DNA from: an uncultured Anaerolineales bacterium
GTDB taxonomy: Bacteria > Planctomycetota > Phycisphaerae > FEN-1346
Direction: 5' to 3'
DNA: 64,000 nucleotides
NCBI GenBank assembly: GCA_964526295.1
Contig: CAZGKW010000012.1
Span: 30,643-94,642 of the forward strand
Position numbers and translations under genes: made by a program. The notes beneath the pieces are model-generated. The model saw only the letters and a list, made by a program, of their open reading frames with translations, had not been told where the DNA came from and searched no databases. Shown piece after piece: positions 9,982-20,719 of this stretch (its first letter is position 1; each line of letters begins with the position of its first letter).

Positions 9982-10172
9982 GCGGCTCGCCTCGCTGTCG
10001 GGGGTTCGTGAGGCCCAGGATTATACCGGCGCCCCGGCGGTTCGCAACCGCGGGGCGACGCCGGGGATGCTGGGAGAGGAACCCGCCCGGACGGGGCGTG
10101 TTAAGACCCGTGGTAGCGGTAACAGCTCGCCGGACACCCCGCGACTCGCCCTGAGGGGAAAGGTGAAGGCCC

Positions 10173-12092
10173 ATGCATGTTGGCAGGACGATGGCGTTAC
10201 TGGCCCTGGCCGGCGCTCTGACAGCCATCGTGGCCCACGCCGCGCCGGGCGGCGCCGGCAGCGACCGCGGCAACGGAAACCTCGTGTTCCCCGATGATGC
10301 CGGCGTCATCGACCTGAAGGCCGAGTTCGGGGCCAAGGGCGACGGCCGGACCGACGACACCCGAGCCATCCAGGCCGCCCTCGACAAGTACGCCAACGGC
10401 AACCGCATCCTCTACCTGCCGCCCGGCACGTATCTGATCTCCGACACGCTGAAATGGGGCGCGGGCACCCACGGCGGCGCGGCCCAGAAACGGACCACCC
10501 TCCAGGGGGCCGGCATGGACCGCACCACCGTCAAGCTCAAAGACCGCTGCCCCGGCTTCCAGGAGCCGACCGCCACGAAGGACCGCCGCGGCCGCCGGCG
10601 GGAAGAGTTCAAGGCCATGATCTGGACCGGCCGCAAGCCCGCCCAGCGGTTCCGCAACGGCATCCGCCACCTGACCATCGACACGGGCCGCGGCAACCCG
10701 GCCGCCACCGGCGTCCAGTACATCGCCAACAACCAGGGCTCCATGCGGTACGTCCGCATCCGCTCGGGCGACCCCGACGGGGCCGGCTCGATCGGCCTCG
10801 ACCTCGGCTACACCGACGAGCAGGGGCCGTGCCTGATCAAGCACGTCCACGTCATCGGCTTCGACGTCGGCATCCGCACGCGGACCGCCGTCGACAGCGT
10901 GACTCTCGAGCACATCACCGTCGAGGGCCAGCGGCGGGTCGGCTTCTCCAACGACGGCCAGTGCGTCTCGATGCGAGATTTCGTCAGCCGCAACGCCGTC
11001 CCGGCGATCGAGAACCTCGGCTCCTACAGCCTGATGACGGTCATTGAAGGCGAACTGGTCGGCGCCGGCAGGGCGGCGAAGCTCGCCGCCGTGGAGAACT
11101 CCGGCGCGTTGCTCGTCCGCAACGTCGACGTGCAGGGCTACGAGAAGGGCGTCCACAACGCGGCCGAAGGCGGTACGGGCGAGGGCGCCGCCGCCGGACG
11201 GATCGAGGAGTTTTGCTCCCACCGGCCGACCGTCCTGTTCGAGGATTCGCCCCGCCACACGCTCGGCCTGCCCGTCAAGGAGACGCCCGTGGTGCCGAGC
11301 GTCCCGCTTTCGGAGTGGGTCAGCCCAGCCGAGTTCGGCGGCAACCCCGAGGACGACGAGGACGACACCGAGGCCGTCCAGAAGGCAGTCGACTCCGGCC
11401 GGCGGGTGCTCTACTTCCCCCGCGGCCGGAAGTGGCTCGTCGATGGCACGGTCGAGATCCGCGGCAGTATCGAGCGGGTCACGTCGCTCGAAGGGTCCAT
11501 CTTCGGCACCGGCACGCTCAAGGTCACCGCCGGGACGCCCCGGACGGTGATCTTCGACCGCATGGGCCAGACGTACAAGAAGGTGGCCATCGAGAACGCG
11601 TCCGACCGAACGATGGTCCTCAGCGGCGTCCTGACGTGGGGGGACGTCCGGTTGACCGGGCCGGGCGACTGCTTCCTGGAGGACTACTGCGGGCGGCTCG
11701 AGATGAAGGGCCAGAACGTCTGGGCTCGCCAGTGGAACAACGAGGCCAAATCGCAGCCGAAGTTCCTGAACGACGGCGGGACGGTCTGGATCCTCGGCCT
11801 CAAGACCGAGCAGGCCGGGACGCTCATCGAGACCGTCCGAGGCGGCCGGACCGAGGTCCTCGGAGGGTTCTGCTACGCCCAGGGCGCCCCGAAGACGACG
11901 CCCATGTTTATCCTCACGAACGCCGCCGGGTCGTTCACCATCGGTGAAATCACGTTCAACAACCGGCCGTTCAAGACGATCGTCCGCGAGACCCGCGGCG
12001 GCGAGACCCGCGAACTCATCCGACGCGAACCGGGCACCTACGTCCGCGGACCCGGCACGATGCTGCCCCTGTTCGTCGGGTACGGGAAGTAG
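10173..12092 (+). CDS. Secreted two-beta-helix glycoside hydrolase (Pectate_lyase_3 domains; GH55-like exo-beta-1,3-glucanase architecture).
   Basis: Signal peptide, then FGAKGDGRTDDTRAIQAALD in the N-terminal domain and a second copy FGGNPEDDEDDTEAVQKAVDSGRRVLYFP. Two-domain organisation. Confidence 0.6.
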   Translation: MHVGRTMALLALAGALTAIVAHAAPGGAGSDRGNGNLVFPDDAGVIDLKAEFGAKGDGRTDDTRAIQAALDKYANGNRILYLPPGTYLISDTLKWGAGTHGGAAQKRTTLQGAGMDRTTVKLKDRCPGFQEPTATKDRRGRRREEFKAMIWTGRKPAQRFRNGIRHLTIDTGRGNPAATGVQYIANNQGSMRYVRIRSGDPDGAGSIGLDLGYTDEQGPCLIKHVHVIGFDVGIRTRTAVDSVTLEHITVEGQRRVGFSNDGQCVSMRDFVSRNAVPAIENLGSYSLMTVIEGELVGAGRAAKLAAVENSGALLVRNVDVQGYEKGVHNAAEGGTGEGAAAGRIEEFCSHRPTVLFEDSPRHTLGLPVKETPVVPSVPLSEWVSPAEFGGNPEDDEDDTEAVQKAVDSGRRVLYFPRGRKWLVDGTVEIRGSIERVTSLEGSIFGTGTLKVTAGTPRTVIFDRMGQTYKKVAIENASDRTMVLSGVLTWGDVRLTGPGDCFLEDYCGRLEMKGQNVWARQWNNEAKSQPKFLNDGGTVWILGLKTEQAGTLIETVRGGRTEVLGGFCYAQGAPKTTPMFILTNAAGSFTIGEITFNNRPFKTIVRETRGGETRELIRREPGTYVRGPGTMLPLFVGYGK

Positions 12093-12168
12093 CCGACGGG
12101 GGCGAGGCGGCGTCCTGAATCTCCAGGGCCGCGGGCCCGTCGAAATACCGTGAGATGGAGGGCCTGTC

Positions 12169-13563
12169 GTGAAAACGTCTGTTCGGCGAATCGCTTTTGC
12201 GATGCTGGTCGTTTGGGCCACCGCATGCGGAACGGCCCCGGCGGCGGAGTCCGGCGAACCCGGACCGGCCCCGCAATTCAGCTACCGCGGCGCGGCCGCC
12301 CACGACCCGCGATTCGACGACCGGGCCCTCTGGCCGAAGCTCACGGGCAAGGAGTACTTCCTCAAGGAGACGTGGCCGAAGGGGCGGCCCTACGTCTGGG
12401 CCCACCCGGGCACCAGCGGCGGCCCGCGGTTCCGCGGCAGCCGCGACGTCACCGACCCGAAAAACTGGCTCCTCGACGGCAAGCCCTGCGAGGCGCTCGT
12501 CCTCGACGAGACGGCCGACCTCCTCCTGCCGGCGTCCGAGACGCGCTACAACGTGGGCTTTCGCGGCACGAACGTCCGCGAGGTCCTCCGCCACGTGACC
12601 ATCGAGTCGGGGGCCGCCTTCATCGGCGGAGGTGACGGGGTCGGACGCAGCATCCACGGCAACGTCTGGGTCAAGGTCGGCGGCGGGATGGATTCCCAGG
12701 GGGCCACCCGGTTCCTCGGCTCGCGGCACACGTTCTTCCGCAACGACAACACGCCCGAGACCGCCCGCTCGATGGGCCGCGGCGGGGGAATCATGTCGTC
12801 ACAATACTTCACGTTCAACAAGACCGACGGCGCATCGGTCGAGTTCCTGGGCCACGTCACGGTGCTCGACGAGTTCCGCATCCACGGATGCACGGTCATC
12901 GTGGGGCCGGACAGTCTCCTCCAGCCGGGCCGCAACGCCTCGCCGACCATCTCGGAGGGCGGCACGTTGGCGCTGCTGGACGGGGCCCGCTTCGAGAGCT
13001 GGAACAACGACTTCGGGACGCCCGAGATCGTCGTTCGCGACGGGGCGATCCAGGGCGGCCTGCCCGACCGGCACCTGGCGCGGAGCTGCCGCTTCGGCCT
13101 CGCCTTCAAGAACCACACGGCGGCCGACAGCGAGAAGGCCGACGCGAAAACCCGCCAGCGCCGCCTTCGGCGCGTCCCGTCGATGGTCGTCCTGAAGGGG
13201 GCCCTCCGGTCCTACACCCGCGACCCGAAGACGGCCCGCCTCGTCTTCACCGTCATGGAGAACGAGGACATCTGTCCCCGCCCCGGCACCGAGGACTACC
13301 GAGAGGACCTCGCCCGGTGGCCGGAGAAGAAGGCGCTCTACGACTGGATGCTCAAGCTGCCGCGCGGCACGGACTGCTACCTCGGCCCGGAGGTGGCGGT
13401 CAGCCGGGTGGAGTTCGATCATCTCCGTGAAGGCGGGCTGATGGTCGCAAGCTCGGAGACCGTCGGTCGGTTCGAGGACGTCACCTTCGGCCCGCACTGC
13501 CGCGCCACCAGCCGGGACCTCGTCTCCCCCGCCCCCGACCTCGGACGGGGCCTGGACTACTGA
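12169..13563 (+). CDS. Secreted paralog of the 390/2776 family (core module only).
   Basis: Signal peptide MKTSVRRIAFAMLVVWATACG. Conserved blocks PYVWAHPGTSG, RHVTIESGAAF, SRHTFF, ARLVFTV parallel LLVWARPGKSG, RHITVESGAAF, HTFFVNG, ARLVFCC in 390..2744. Confidence 0.6.
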   Translation: MKTSVRRIAFAMLVVWATACGTAPAAESGEPGPAPQFSYRGAAAHDPRFDDRALWPKLTGKEYFLKETWPKGRPYVWAHPGTSGGPRFRGSRDVTDPKNWLLDGKPCEALVLDETADLLLPASETRYNVGFRGTNVREVLRHVTIESGAAFIGGGDGVGRSIHGNVWVKVGGGMDSQGATRFLGSRHTFFRNDNTPETARSMGRGGGIMSSQYFTFNKTDGASVEFLGHVTVLDEFRIHGCTVIVGPDSLLQPGRNASPTISEGGTLALLDGARFESWNNDFGTPEIVVRDGAIQGGLPDRHLARSCRFGLAFKNHTAADSEKADAKTRQRRLRRVPSMVVLKGALRSYTRDPKTARLVFTVMENEDICPRPGTEDYREDLARWPEKKALYDWMLKLPRGTDCYLGPEVAVSRVEFDHLREGGLMVASSETVGRFEDVTFGPHCRATSRDLVSPAPDLGRGLDY

Positions 13564-13710
13564 CGGGGCGGCCCGTCCGGGCACGGGGCCCTTCGCTCCT
13601 GGAGCGTGGATTCATTGGCCAGCGCTTCCCGCCGCGGATATGCTACCAGCCTGCCGGTGTCCGACGCGTAAGGACCCGGCGCAGCGTTCCAGGGGGAAGG
13701 GCCGCCGACG

Positions 13711-15246
13711 ATGGCAGGACACGTTCCAGGGGCCGACATGATTCCGTCGGCGGGGGGCGCGCCGGCGCTCGGCAAGCCCCCGCGCCAGGCCTACGTGGGA
13801 CGGCGGTTTCGGCTGCCGCCGCCGGCAGTTTTCGGCTTTCTGCTGCCGAACTTCGTGGGTTTTCTCGTTTTCACGCTCTTTCCGATCGCCCTGTCGGTCT
13901 ACATGGCCTTCACGAACTGGAGCCTGAAACCGGCGATCGAGCGGCGGTTCCTCGGCCTGGGGAACTTCCGCGACCTCTTGGGCGTACGGGCCCTGCCGGG
14001 CGAGGACCCGACGGTCCTCTGGGCCGGCTACGCCGCCGCCGCGCTGGTGGCGCTGGCGGGCGGCGTGGGGTTCGTTCTGGCCGTCGCGTCGACCTGGCGG
14101 GGCACGAAGTGGGGCGGATGCCTCCTGGCCGGGACGGGCCTCGCGACGGTCGTGGCCGGCCTGGTCGTCGGCGCCCCCCAGGGCGTCGTGGTGGCGGGGG
14201 TCATCGCCCTGCTCTGCGGCCTGGCCGCCGCCTGGCGAGAGGGCGGCGACTGGGGCTTCGGCCTCGGGACGGTAGCGGGCCTGATGGTCCTCGCCGGGTC
14301 GGCGGCCCTGTGGCTGTTGCACCGCCCCCTGTGGACCGCCTGCGAGCCGCGCGACCCGCGGTTCTGGAAGTACTTCTACAACACGCTGTACCTGATGATG
14401 CGGATCCCGTTCACCATCGCTGGGTCGCTGGCGCTGGCGCTGCTCGTCAACAACCGGGTCCTGGCCGCGGGGGGGGACCGGCGAACCGTCGGCCGGATCT
14501 CGGGAACGGGCGTCTGCTGCCTGCTGGGCGTGATGACGGCGGGAATCCTCTGGGCCCTGGGGCGGCCCAACCTCGCGCTGCTGGGCCTCGTGTTCTGGAC
14601 GGCGGCGGCCCTCGGGTTCGCCTTCGACGTCGTCAGCTTCCGGACGCTCTATTACCTGCCGACCTTCTGCGCGGGCGTCGCCCTGATCATCCTGTGGAAG
14701 AACCTCTACAACCCCGAGACGGGGCCGATCAACACGGTCCTGGCGGCGGCGCTCGAAGCCGTCGGCATCGGGGCCGAGAGGATCGACGAGCTCCTGCCCG
14801 GCTGGCACACCGAGGTCGGCTGGGCCAAGCCGTCGCTCATCGTCATGGCCACGTGGACGCTCATCGGCGGGACGAACATGCTGCTGTACCTGGCGGGCCT
14901 GTCGAACGTGCCGCAGGACCTCCTGGATGCCGCGGCGGTCGACGGGGCCGGCCCGTGGGCCCGGTTTCGACACGTCACGTGGCCGCAGCTCGCCCCGACG
15001 ACGTTCTTCATCTCGATCATTTCGGTCATCCAGGGCCTCCAGGGCGGGTTCGAGGCGGCCCGCGTCATGACCCAGGGCGGCCCGGCCGGCGCCACGACTA
15101 CCCTCAGCTACTACATCTATCAGAAGCTCTACGAGGACTTGGAGCTCGGGTATGCGGCGGCAATCAGCCTGGTCCTGTTCGCCCTCATCTTCCTCGGCAC
15201 GGCGGTCAACTGGCGGTTCGGCAAGGGCCTGGAGGTGTCGCCGTGA
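13711..15246 (+). CDS. Sugar ABC transporter permease (MalF/UgpA-like) with a long N-terminal extension.
   Basis: C-terminal EAA-type permease signature region (VPQDLLDAAAVDGAGPWARFRHVTWPQLAP) and multiple TM helices. The start may be 13738. Confidence 0.8.
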   Translation: MAGHVPGADMIPSAGGAPALGKPPRQAYVGRRFRLPPPAVFGFLLPNFVGFLVFTLFPIALSVYMAFTNWSLKPAIERRFLGLGNFRDLLGVRALPGEDPTVLWAGYAAAALVALAGGVGFVLAVASTWRGTKWGGCLLAGTGLATVVAGLVVGAPQGVVVAGVIALLCGLAAAWREGGDWGFGLGTVAGLMVLAGSAALWLLHRPLWTACEPRDPRFWKYFYNTLYLMMRIPFTIAGSLALALLVNNRVLAAGGDRRTVGRISGTGVCCLLGVMTAGILWALGRPNLALLGLVFWTAAALGFAFDVVSFRTLYYLPTFCAGVALIILWKNLYNPETGPINTVLAAALEAVGIGAERIDELLPGWHTEVGWAKPSLIVMATWTLIGGTNMLLYLAGLSNVPQDLLDAAAVDGAGPWARFRHVTWPQLAPTTFFISIISVIQGLQGGFEAARVMTQGGPAGATTTLSYYIYQKLYEDLELGYAAAISLVLFALIFLGTAVNWRFGKGLEVSP

Positions 15247-16094
15247 GCCGTGCCCGCGTCCTCACCGTGCTTCGTCTGCTGGCCCTGGCGGCCATCGGCT
15301 TCGCCATCGCCATCCCGTTCGTCTGGATGGTCTCGACCTCGCTGAAGCCGCGGGCAGAGGCCGACAGCCTGAACCTGGTGCCCGCAGAGCCCACCCTCCG
15401 CAACTACCCCATCGTCCTGGACATCGTCCCCGACCCGGTGACGAAGCGCTACTTCGGGATGCACTACGCCCGGTGGTACCTGAACTCGATCCTGGTGGCG
15501 TCGGCGGTGACGCTGCTCCAGGTGCTGACGAGCGCGATGGCCGCCTACGCGTTCTCGCGGATCCAATGGCGGGGGCGGGACACCGTGTTCCTGCTGTACC
15601 TGGCAACGATGATGGTCCCGTGGATCCTGACGGTGATCCCGAACTTCCAGATCATGGTGTGGCTGGGGTTCGTCGATTCGTACCGGGGGCTGGTCCTGCC
15701 GCTGGCGTTCAGCGCGTTCGGGACGTTCCTCCTGAGGCAGTTCATGCTGTCGATCCCGCCGTCGCTGGACGAGGCGGCCCGGATCGACGGGGCCGGCCAC
15801 TGGCAGATCTTCTGGGAGGTGATCATGCCGCTGGCCAGGCCGGGCCTGATTGCCCTGGCGATCATCACGTTCCTGGGGGTCTACCGGACGCTGTTCTGGC
15901 CGCTCATCATGCTCGACACGGAAGAACTGTACACGCTGTCGGTGGGGATGCTGGCGCTGGACTCGAGCCAGGGCCGCCAGACCGAGCTGATCATGGCTGC
16001 CACCGTGATGAACGTCGTGCCGCTGATCATCGTTTTCATCGTGTTCCAGCGGTTCCTCGTCAAAGGCATCCAGCTCGGCGCCGTGAAGGGCTAG
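15243..16094 (+). CDS. Sugar ABC transporter permease (MalG/UgpE-like).
   Basis: The GTG start overlaps the upstream stop codon (GTGA). Carries the permease loop LDEAARIDGAGHWQIFWEVIMPLARPG. Confidence 0.85.
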   Translation: MSRARVLTVLRLLALAAIGFAIAIPFVWMVSTSLKPRAEADSLNLVPAEPTLRNYPIVLDIVPDPVTKRYFGMHYARWYLNSILVASAVTLLQVLTSAMAAYAFSRIQWRGRDTVFLLYLATMMVPWILTVIPNFQIMVWLGFVDSYRGLVLPLAFSAFGTFLLRQFMLSIPPSLDEAARIDGAGHWQIFWEVIMPLARPGLIALAIITFLGVYRTLFWPLIMLDTEELYTLSVGMLALDSSQGRQTELIMAATVMNVVPLIIVFIVFQRFLVKGIQLGAVKG

Positions 16095-16095
16095 G

Positions 16096-16184
16096 AAAAA
16101 GACACTAAGTGTCTTTTTCGGGCACGTAAGTCGTTGCGAAGAAGGGGTTTACCCACACAAAAAAGACACTAAGTGTCTTTTTTT
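16096..16184. repeat. Composite AT-rich double-hairpin element (copy D). Two AAAAAGACAC-TAA-GTGTCTTTTT hairpins flank a 40-bp core.
   Basis: Hairpins at 16096..16118 and 16159..16184. The same hairpin recurs six more times at 49.7–51.9 kb. The core ends TTTACCCACAC, against TTTATCCACACC in copies A–C. Confidence 0.85.
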
Positions 16185-16201
16185 GGGGGGCGGGGGAAGC
16201 G

Positions 16202-17965
16202 GTGAAGAAGGTCTTCCTGGTGCTGACGGCGGTGGTGGCGGCGCTCTATGCGGTGGCGCTCGTGACGGTGCCGGAGGTCCCGCCGGGGCGGCTGCTGTGG
16301 GCCACCGACAAGAACCCGGCCCGGACGGTCCAGACGGGCCTCTTTCGCATGCTGCGTCGGCCGCTCGCGTTGTCGGAGGCGAACGTTGCCGACTGGGACC
16401 GCCTGGCGACGGCGCTCGCCGGATCGGAGGTGTCGCCGGCAGCCGAGGCGATCCGCGAGCGCCTGCCCGAGAACGCCCTCGCCGCCCTCAAGCGCGCCGC
16501 GGCCGGGGCCGAGCTGGACGACGCCGCGAAGGCGACCGTCCTGGCCGCCCTCAACGCCTTGCTCGACCGGCCGGACCTCCACCCGGACGAGGCGTTCGGC
16601 GGCGTGGCCCCCCCTGCCGAGGTCGTGCCGCTCCTCGGGCGCGACCCCGGGTCGCTCATGCCCCTGGAGGTGCGGCACCTCAACCGGGTGCTCATCGAGG
16701 CGGCCTTGCCCGGGGCCTTCCAGCCCGCCGAGCCGCTCTACCCCGGCCTCCAGGTCCAGGTCGACCCCGGGGACCGGGCCAAACTGATCGTTCGCTGCGC
16801 CACGGGCACCGGACCCGACATCATCGACCTCTACACCCTCCAGGAGATGCACTCGTTCGTCGAGGCGGGCATCCTGATGGACCTGACGCCCTACGCCGAC
16901 GAGATGGGTTTCGGCCTCGGCGACACCTATCCCGCCCTGGCGACAGCCCTGACGGTTGCCGGCCGGCAGTACCGCTTCCCCTGCAACGTCTGGGCCAACT
17001 GCGTGGTGTACAACCGGGCCCTGTTCGAGCGGCTGGGCGTCCCCGAGCCGCAGCCGGGATGGACGTGGGACGATTTCATCCGGGCCGGCACGGCCATCCG
17101 CGACGCGGCAGGGCGGCGAGGCGAGCGGATCATGCCCGTCGCGAACTGGAACAACGTCTGGATCTTCCAGGACGCCCTCGTTGGCCGTGGCGGCCGGTAC
17201 TTCACGGAGGACGGCCTGGCGTCGCGGCTGGCCGAGCCCGAGGCGGTCGAGGCGATGCAGCTCTACCACGACCTGATGCACGTCCACGAGGTCCTCCCCA
17301 CCCCCGCCGAGACCGCCGCCATGAGCAGCCAGGGCGGATGGGGCCAGAGCGGCCTGAACTGGTTCTTCGAGGAGCGGGCCGCCATGATCTTCATCGGCCG
17401 GTGGATCCTCGTCCAGGTCCGATCCTGGCCCGGGATCTCCGACCACCTGGGCGCCGCCCGCCTGCCGCGCTTTCCCGGCCGGCCCAGCCAAGGCATGGCC
17501 GACTGCCGCGGGGCCGGCATCAACGACGCCAGTCCCCGCAAGATGGAGGCCCTGAAGTTCCTCCAGTACCTGGCGAGCCCGGAGTACGGCGAGGTCATCG
17601 TCTTCGACGGCGACGCCCTGCCGCCCAACCCGGACCTCGCCCGCACGGGGAGGGACCTGGTGAATCCGGCGGTGACCGACCCGGCGTTCCACCAACCGTT
17701 CGTCGATGCCATCGAGGCGGCCCGGCCGCTGGACACCAGCCCCTTCATCGACGCCGGCCAGGTCAAACGCTGGACCAAGGAGCGGGTCGAGCGGGTGGAG
17801 AACCGGCTGGAGACGCCCGAGGAGGCGATGCGAGGCTTCGCCGACGAGATCGACCGACAGATCCGGACGAACCTCCAGCGGCGGCCCGATCTTCGGCAGC
17901 GGTACCGCGAGGTCACCGGCCGCGAATGGACCCCCGACTGGTGGAAACCGCCCCCGCCGCGCTGA
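16202..17965 (+). CDS. ABC transporter extracellular solute-binding protein (family 1, sugar) with a ~200 aa N-terminal extension.
   Basis: GTG start and signal peptide MKKVFLVLTAVVAALYAVALV. SBP_bac_1-like core (..RCATGTGPDIIDLYTLQEMHSFVEAGILMDLTPY..). Confidence 0.7.
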   Translation: MKKVFLVLTAVVAALYAVALVTVPEVPPGRLLWATDKNPARTVQTGLFRMLRRPLALSEANVADWDRLATALAGSEVSPAAEAIRERLPENALAALKRAAAGAELDDAAKATVLAALNALLDRPDLHPDEAFGGVAPPAEVVPLLGRDPGSLMPLEVRHLNRVLIEAALPGAFQPAEPLYPGLQVQVDPGDRAKLIVRCATGTGPDIIDLYTLQEMHSFVEAGILMDLTPYADEMGFGLGDTYPALATALTVAGRQYRFPCNVWANCVVYNRALFERLGVPEPQPGWTWDDFIRAGTAIRDAAGRRGERIMPVANWNNVWIFQDALVGRGGRYFTEDGLASRLAEPEAVEAMQLYHDLMHVHEVLPTPAETAAMSSQGGWGQSGLNWFFEERAAMIFIGRWILVQVRSWPGISDHLGAARLPRFPGRPSQGMADCRGAGINDASPRKMEALKFLQYLASPEYGEVIVFDGDALPPNPDLARTGRDLVNPAVTDPAFHQPFVDAIEAARPLDTSPFIDAGQVKRWTKERVERVENRLETPEEAMRGFADEIDRQIRTNLQRRPDLRQRYREVTGREWTPDWWKPPPPR

Positions 17966-18448
17966 CGACGAAGGCGGCTCGTGGGCCTTCGCAAGGCGGT
18001 CACGTCGGGTGCGCGGCACGAGCAGGGCGCCGATGCCGTCTGACCCGCCGAGCGCCGAGGCGGCAACTCCTCAGCCGCATCGCCCCCGGCACGGCCCCGA
18101 CGCGCCGCCCGGACACGGGCCACGAGCCGTTCCTGCGGCCCGAATTCGGTTTCAGCCCCACCTGGTACCACCGGGCGGCAGGGGGCGAGTCGGACCTGGT
18201 GCGGGCACGGCAACTCTTTCCCCGGTCCCGCCGGGCGGTCAGGTATCCGCCGGCGAACTTCGCCCGGAAGGGAATGGACACGATCCGGTCCGATCTGGAA
18301 CGCTTCGCCCACGAGTACGGACCGGCGGACCTCGTCTTCGCCGACCATGGGCCCGGCGTGCCGGACGGGCGGCTCCGCGAGGTGCGGGACACGTGCCGGC
18401 GGCTGAGCGACGACTTCGGGTGAGCCGCCGGGGCGTCCGTCATCCCGT

Positions 18449-19471
18449 TCAGGGCGCCAGCGCCCGGGCGAAGGCGGCCGGGGCGTCTTCGACGTCCTGG
18501 GCCGAGACACCGAGGTGCGTGACGGCGCGGATCGAGTCGGGCCCGCGCGGCAGGACCGCCACGCCCTCCTCGGCCAGCCGCGCCACCACCTCTGCCGCGG
18601 GCCGGGCCGTGACGCCGAAGACGACGATGTTCGTCTGGACCGTCTCGGGGTCGAGGTCGATGCCGGGCAGCTCGGCGAGGCCCTCGGCGAGGCGGCGGGC
18701 GTTTCGGTGGTCCTCCTCGAGCCGGTCGCGGTGGTTCTCGAGGGCGTACAGGGCCCCGGCGGCGATGATGCCCGCCTGGCGCATCCCGCCGCCGAACATC
18801 TTGCGGAACCGACGGGCCCGCTCGATGAACGCCTCGCTCCCGGCCAGGGCCGACCCGACGGGGGCCCCGAGGCCCTTCGAGTAGCAGACGCTGACCGAGT
18901 CGAAGTGGCGGGCGTACTCGGCCTCGGCCGTACCGCTCGCGGCCGCCGCGTTCCACAGTCGGGCCCCGTCGAGGTGCATCCGGAGGCCCGCCTCGCGGGC
19001 CGCGGCGGCGACCTCGGCGACCGCTTCGAGGGGCCAGACGCTCCCGCCGCCCGAGTTGTGGGTGTTCTCGACGCAGACGAGCCGGGCCGGGGCGAAGTGA
19101 TCGTTGGGCGGGCGGAGCGCGGCCCGGACCTGGTCCCCCGCGAAGACCCCCCGCCGACCCTCCAGGAGCCGCATCATGACGCCCGACAGGGCCGCCGGGG
19201 CGCCCGATTCGTAGAAATAGTTGTGGGCGTGGGCCTCGGCGATCACCTCGTCGCCGGGCTCCGTGTGCGTCCGGATGGCCACCTGGTTGGTCATCGTGCC
19301 GGAGGGCATGTAGACGGAGGCCGCGAGGCCCAGGACCTCGGCGGTCCGCTCCTCCAGGCGGCGGACGGTGGGGTCGTCGCCGAGGACGTCGTCGCCGACC
19401 TCGGCATCGGCCATGGCCCGGCGCATGGCGGGCGTCGGGCGGGTGACGGTGTCGCTCCGTAAGTCGATCAT
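18449..19471 (-). CDS. ltaE: Low-specificity L-threonine aldolase (PLP-dependent).
   Basis: [37 protein letters not shown] shows collinear similarity to LtaE/GLY1. Confidence 0.85.
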   Translation of the reverse strand: MIDLRSDTVTRPTPAMRRAMADAEVGDDVLGDDPTVRRLEERTAEVLGLAASVYMPSGTMTNQVAIRTHTEPGDEVIAEAHAHNYFYESGAPAALSGVMMRLLEGRRGVFAGDQVRAALRPPNDHFAPARLVCVENTHNSGGGSVWPLEAVAEVAAAAREAGLRMHLDGARLWNAAAASGTAEAEYARHFDSVSVCYSKGLGAPVGSALAGSEAFIERARRFRKMFGGGMRQAGIIAAGALYALENHRDRLEEDHRNARRLAEGLAELPGIDLDPETVQTNIVVFGVTARPAAEVVARLAEEGVAVLPRGPDSIRAVTHLGVSAQDVEDAPAAFARALAP

Positions 19472-20055
19472 CGTCTTTCCTCGGTCTGACGGCGGGTGCG
19501 ATTATACCGCGCCGAGCCCCTCCGCCCCAGGGCTGCCCTGTCCGGCACGATGCCGAGTCGCGCCGGCGGGCTCGGGCCATCCGGCCCCGTGGCGATCACC
19601 GACCGAGGGGCGACGGTTTTTCGATTCTTCCCCGAATCGTAACACGGCCTTAATGCGCGCTCCGTATGTTGGCTCCCGCACGGACCCAAGAGGCCATACA
19701 GAGCGGTCGGCGGCATGATCGGCATCCTGACTCGCAACGCCGCCAAGGACAGCCCAACCGGCAGACCGCTGTCAGTCGCGACCTTCGAGCTCAGCGGCCG
19801 GCCCAACACCGGCGACTCCGCCCCACGCTGACTCACGCCCGACTGCCGGCCACCCGGAACACGCAGCCCATCCGCGCGGGCTGTCCGCGCCGATGCTTCC
19901 CGGCACCCCTCTGATGGCCCACTGGGCGCCCCCCTTCCGGCCCCCCTGTGGGGCCCCAAGGACCCCCCGGTGCCTCCCGAACCGCGAACCCCTACGGGCC
20001 GCCATGCGAGCCGGTCGCCATTGACCCCGCCGCGCCGGCGCGGTACGAGGGGGGC

Positions 20056-20718
20056 ATGAAGCTGGCCCTCAAGGTCCTCGTCGTGGCGGTCGTCCTGGCC
20101 GGCCTGTTCATGCTCGGGTTCGAGCTGTGGGGCGAGCGGCTGGAGACCCTCTTCAGCCAGGAGGCCTGCGTCCGGTGGTTCGAGGGGATGCGGCCGTGGG
20201 CGTGGGCGGTCGCCATCGGCCTGCTGATCGCGGACCTGCTGCTGCCGATCCCGGCCACGGGCGTCATGGCCGCCCTCGGGAGCGTCTACGGCGTCGCGGT
20301 GGGGACGCTGGTGGCGGCGGCGGGGTCGAGCGCGGCGGGGCTGGCGGGATACGGCCTGGCGCGGCTGACCGGGGAGCGGGCCGCCCGGTGGCTGGCCGAC
20401 CAGGGGGAGCGGGCCCGGTTCAAGGCGTTCTTCGACCGGTGGGGCGGGTGGGCCGTCATCGTCAGCCGGGCCCTGCCCATCCTGCCGGAGGTGGTGGCCG
20501 TCCTGGCGGGGCTGGCGGGGATGCGGCTGCGGCGGTTCCTGGCGTCGCTGCTCCTGGGCACGGGGGCGACGAGCCTGCTCTTTGTCTGGCTGGGACACGC
20601 CTCCCGGGAGCAGCCCTGGTGGGGGATGCTGGTGGCGGTCGTCGTGCCGCTGCTGGTGTGGCCGATCTTCTTGCGGTTCGCCCTGCCGGATCGTCGACAT
20701 CGCGGCGGCTCGAGATGA
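20056..20718 (+). CDS. DedA/SNARE-associated (VTT domain) membrane protein.
   Basis: Carries LLLPIPATGVMAALGSVYG..GYGLARLTGE..FFDRWGGWAVIVSRALPILPEVVAVLAGLAGM. Confidence 0.7.
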   Translation: MKLALKVLVVAVVLAGLFMLGFELWGERLETLFSQEACVRWFEGMRPWAWAVAIGLLIADLLLPIPATGVMAALGSVYGVAVGTLVAAAGSSAAGLAGYGLARLTGERAARWLADQGERARFKAFFDRWGGWAVIVSRALPILPEVVAVLAGLAGMRLRRFLASLLLGTGATSLLFVWLGHASREQPWWGMLVAVVVPLLVWPIFLRFALPDRRHRGGSR

Positions 20719-20719
20719 A

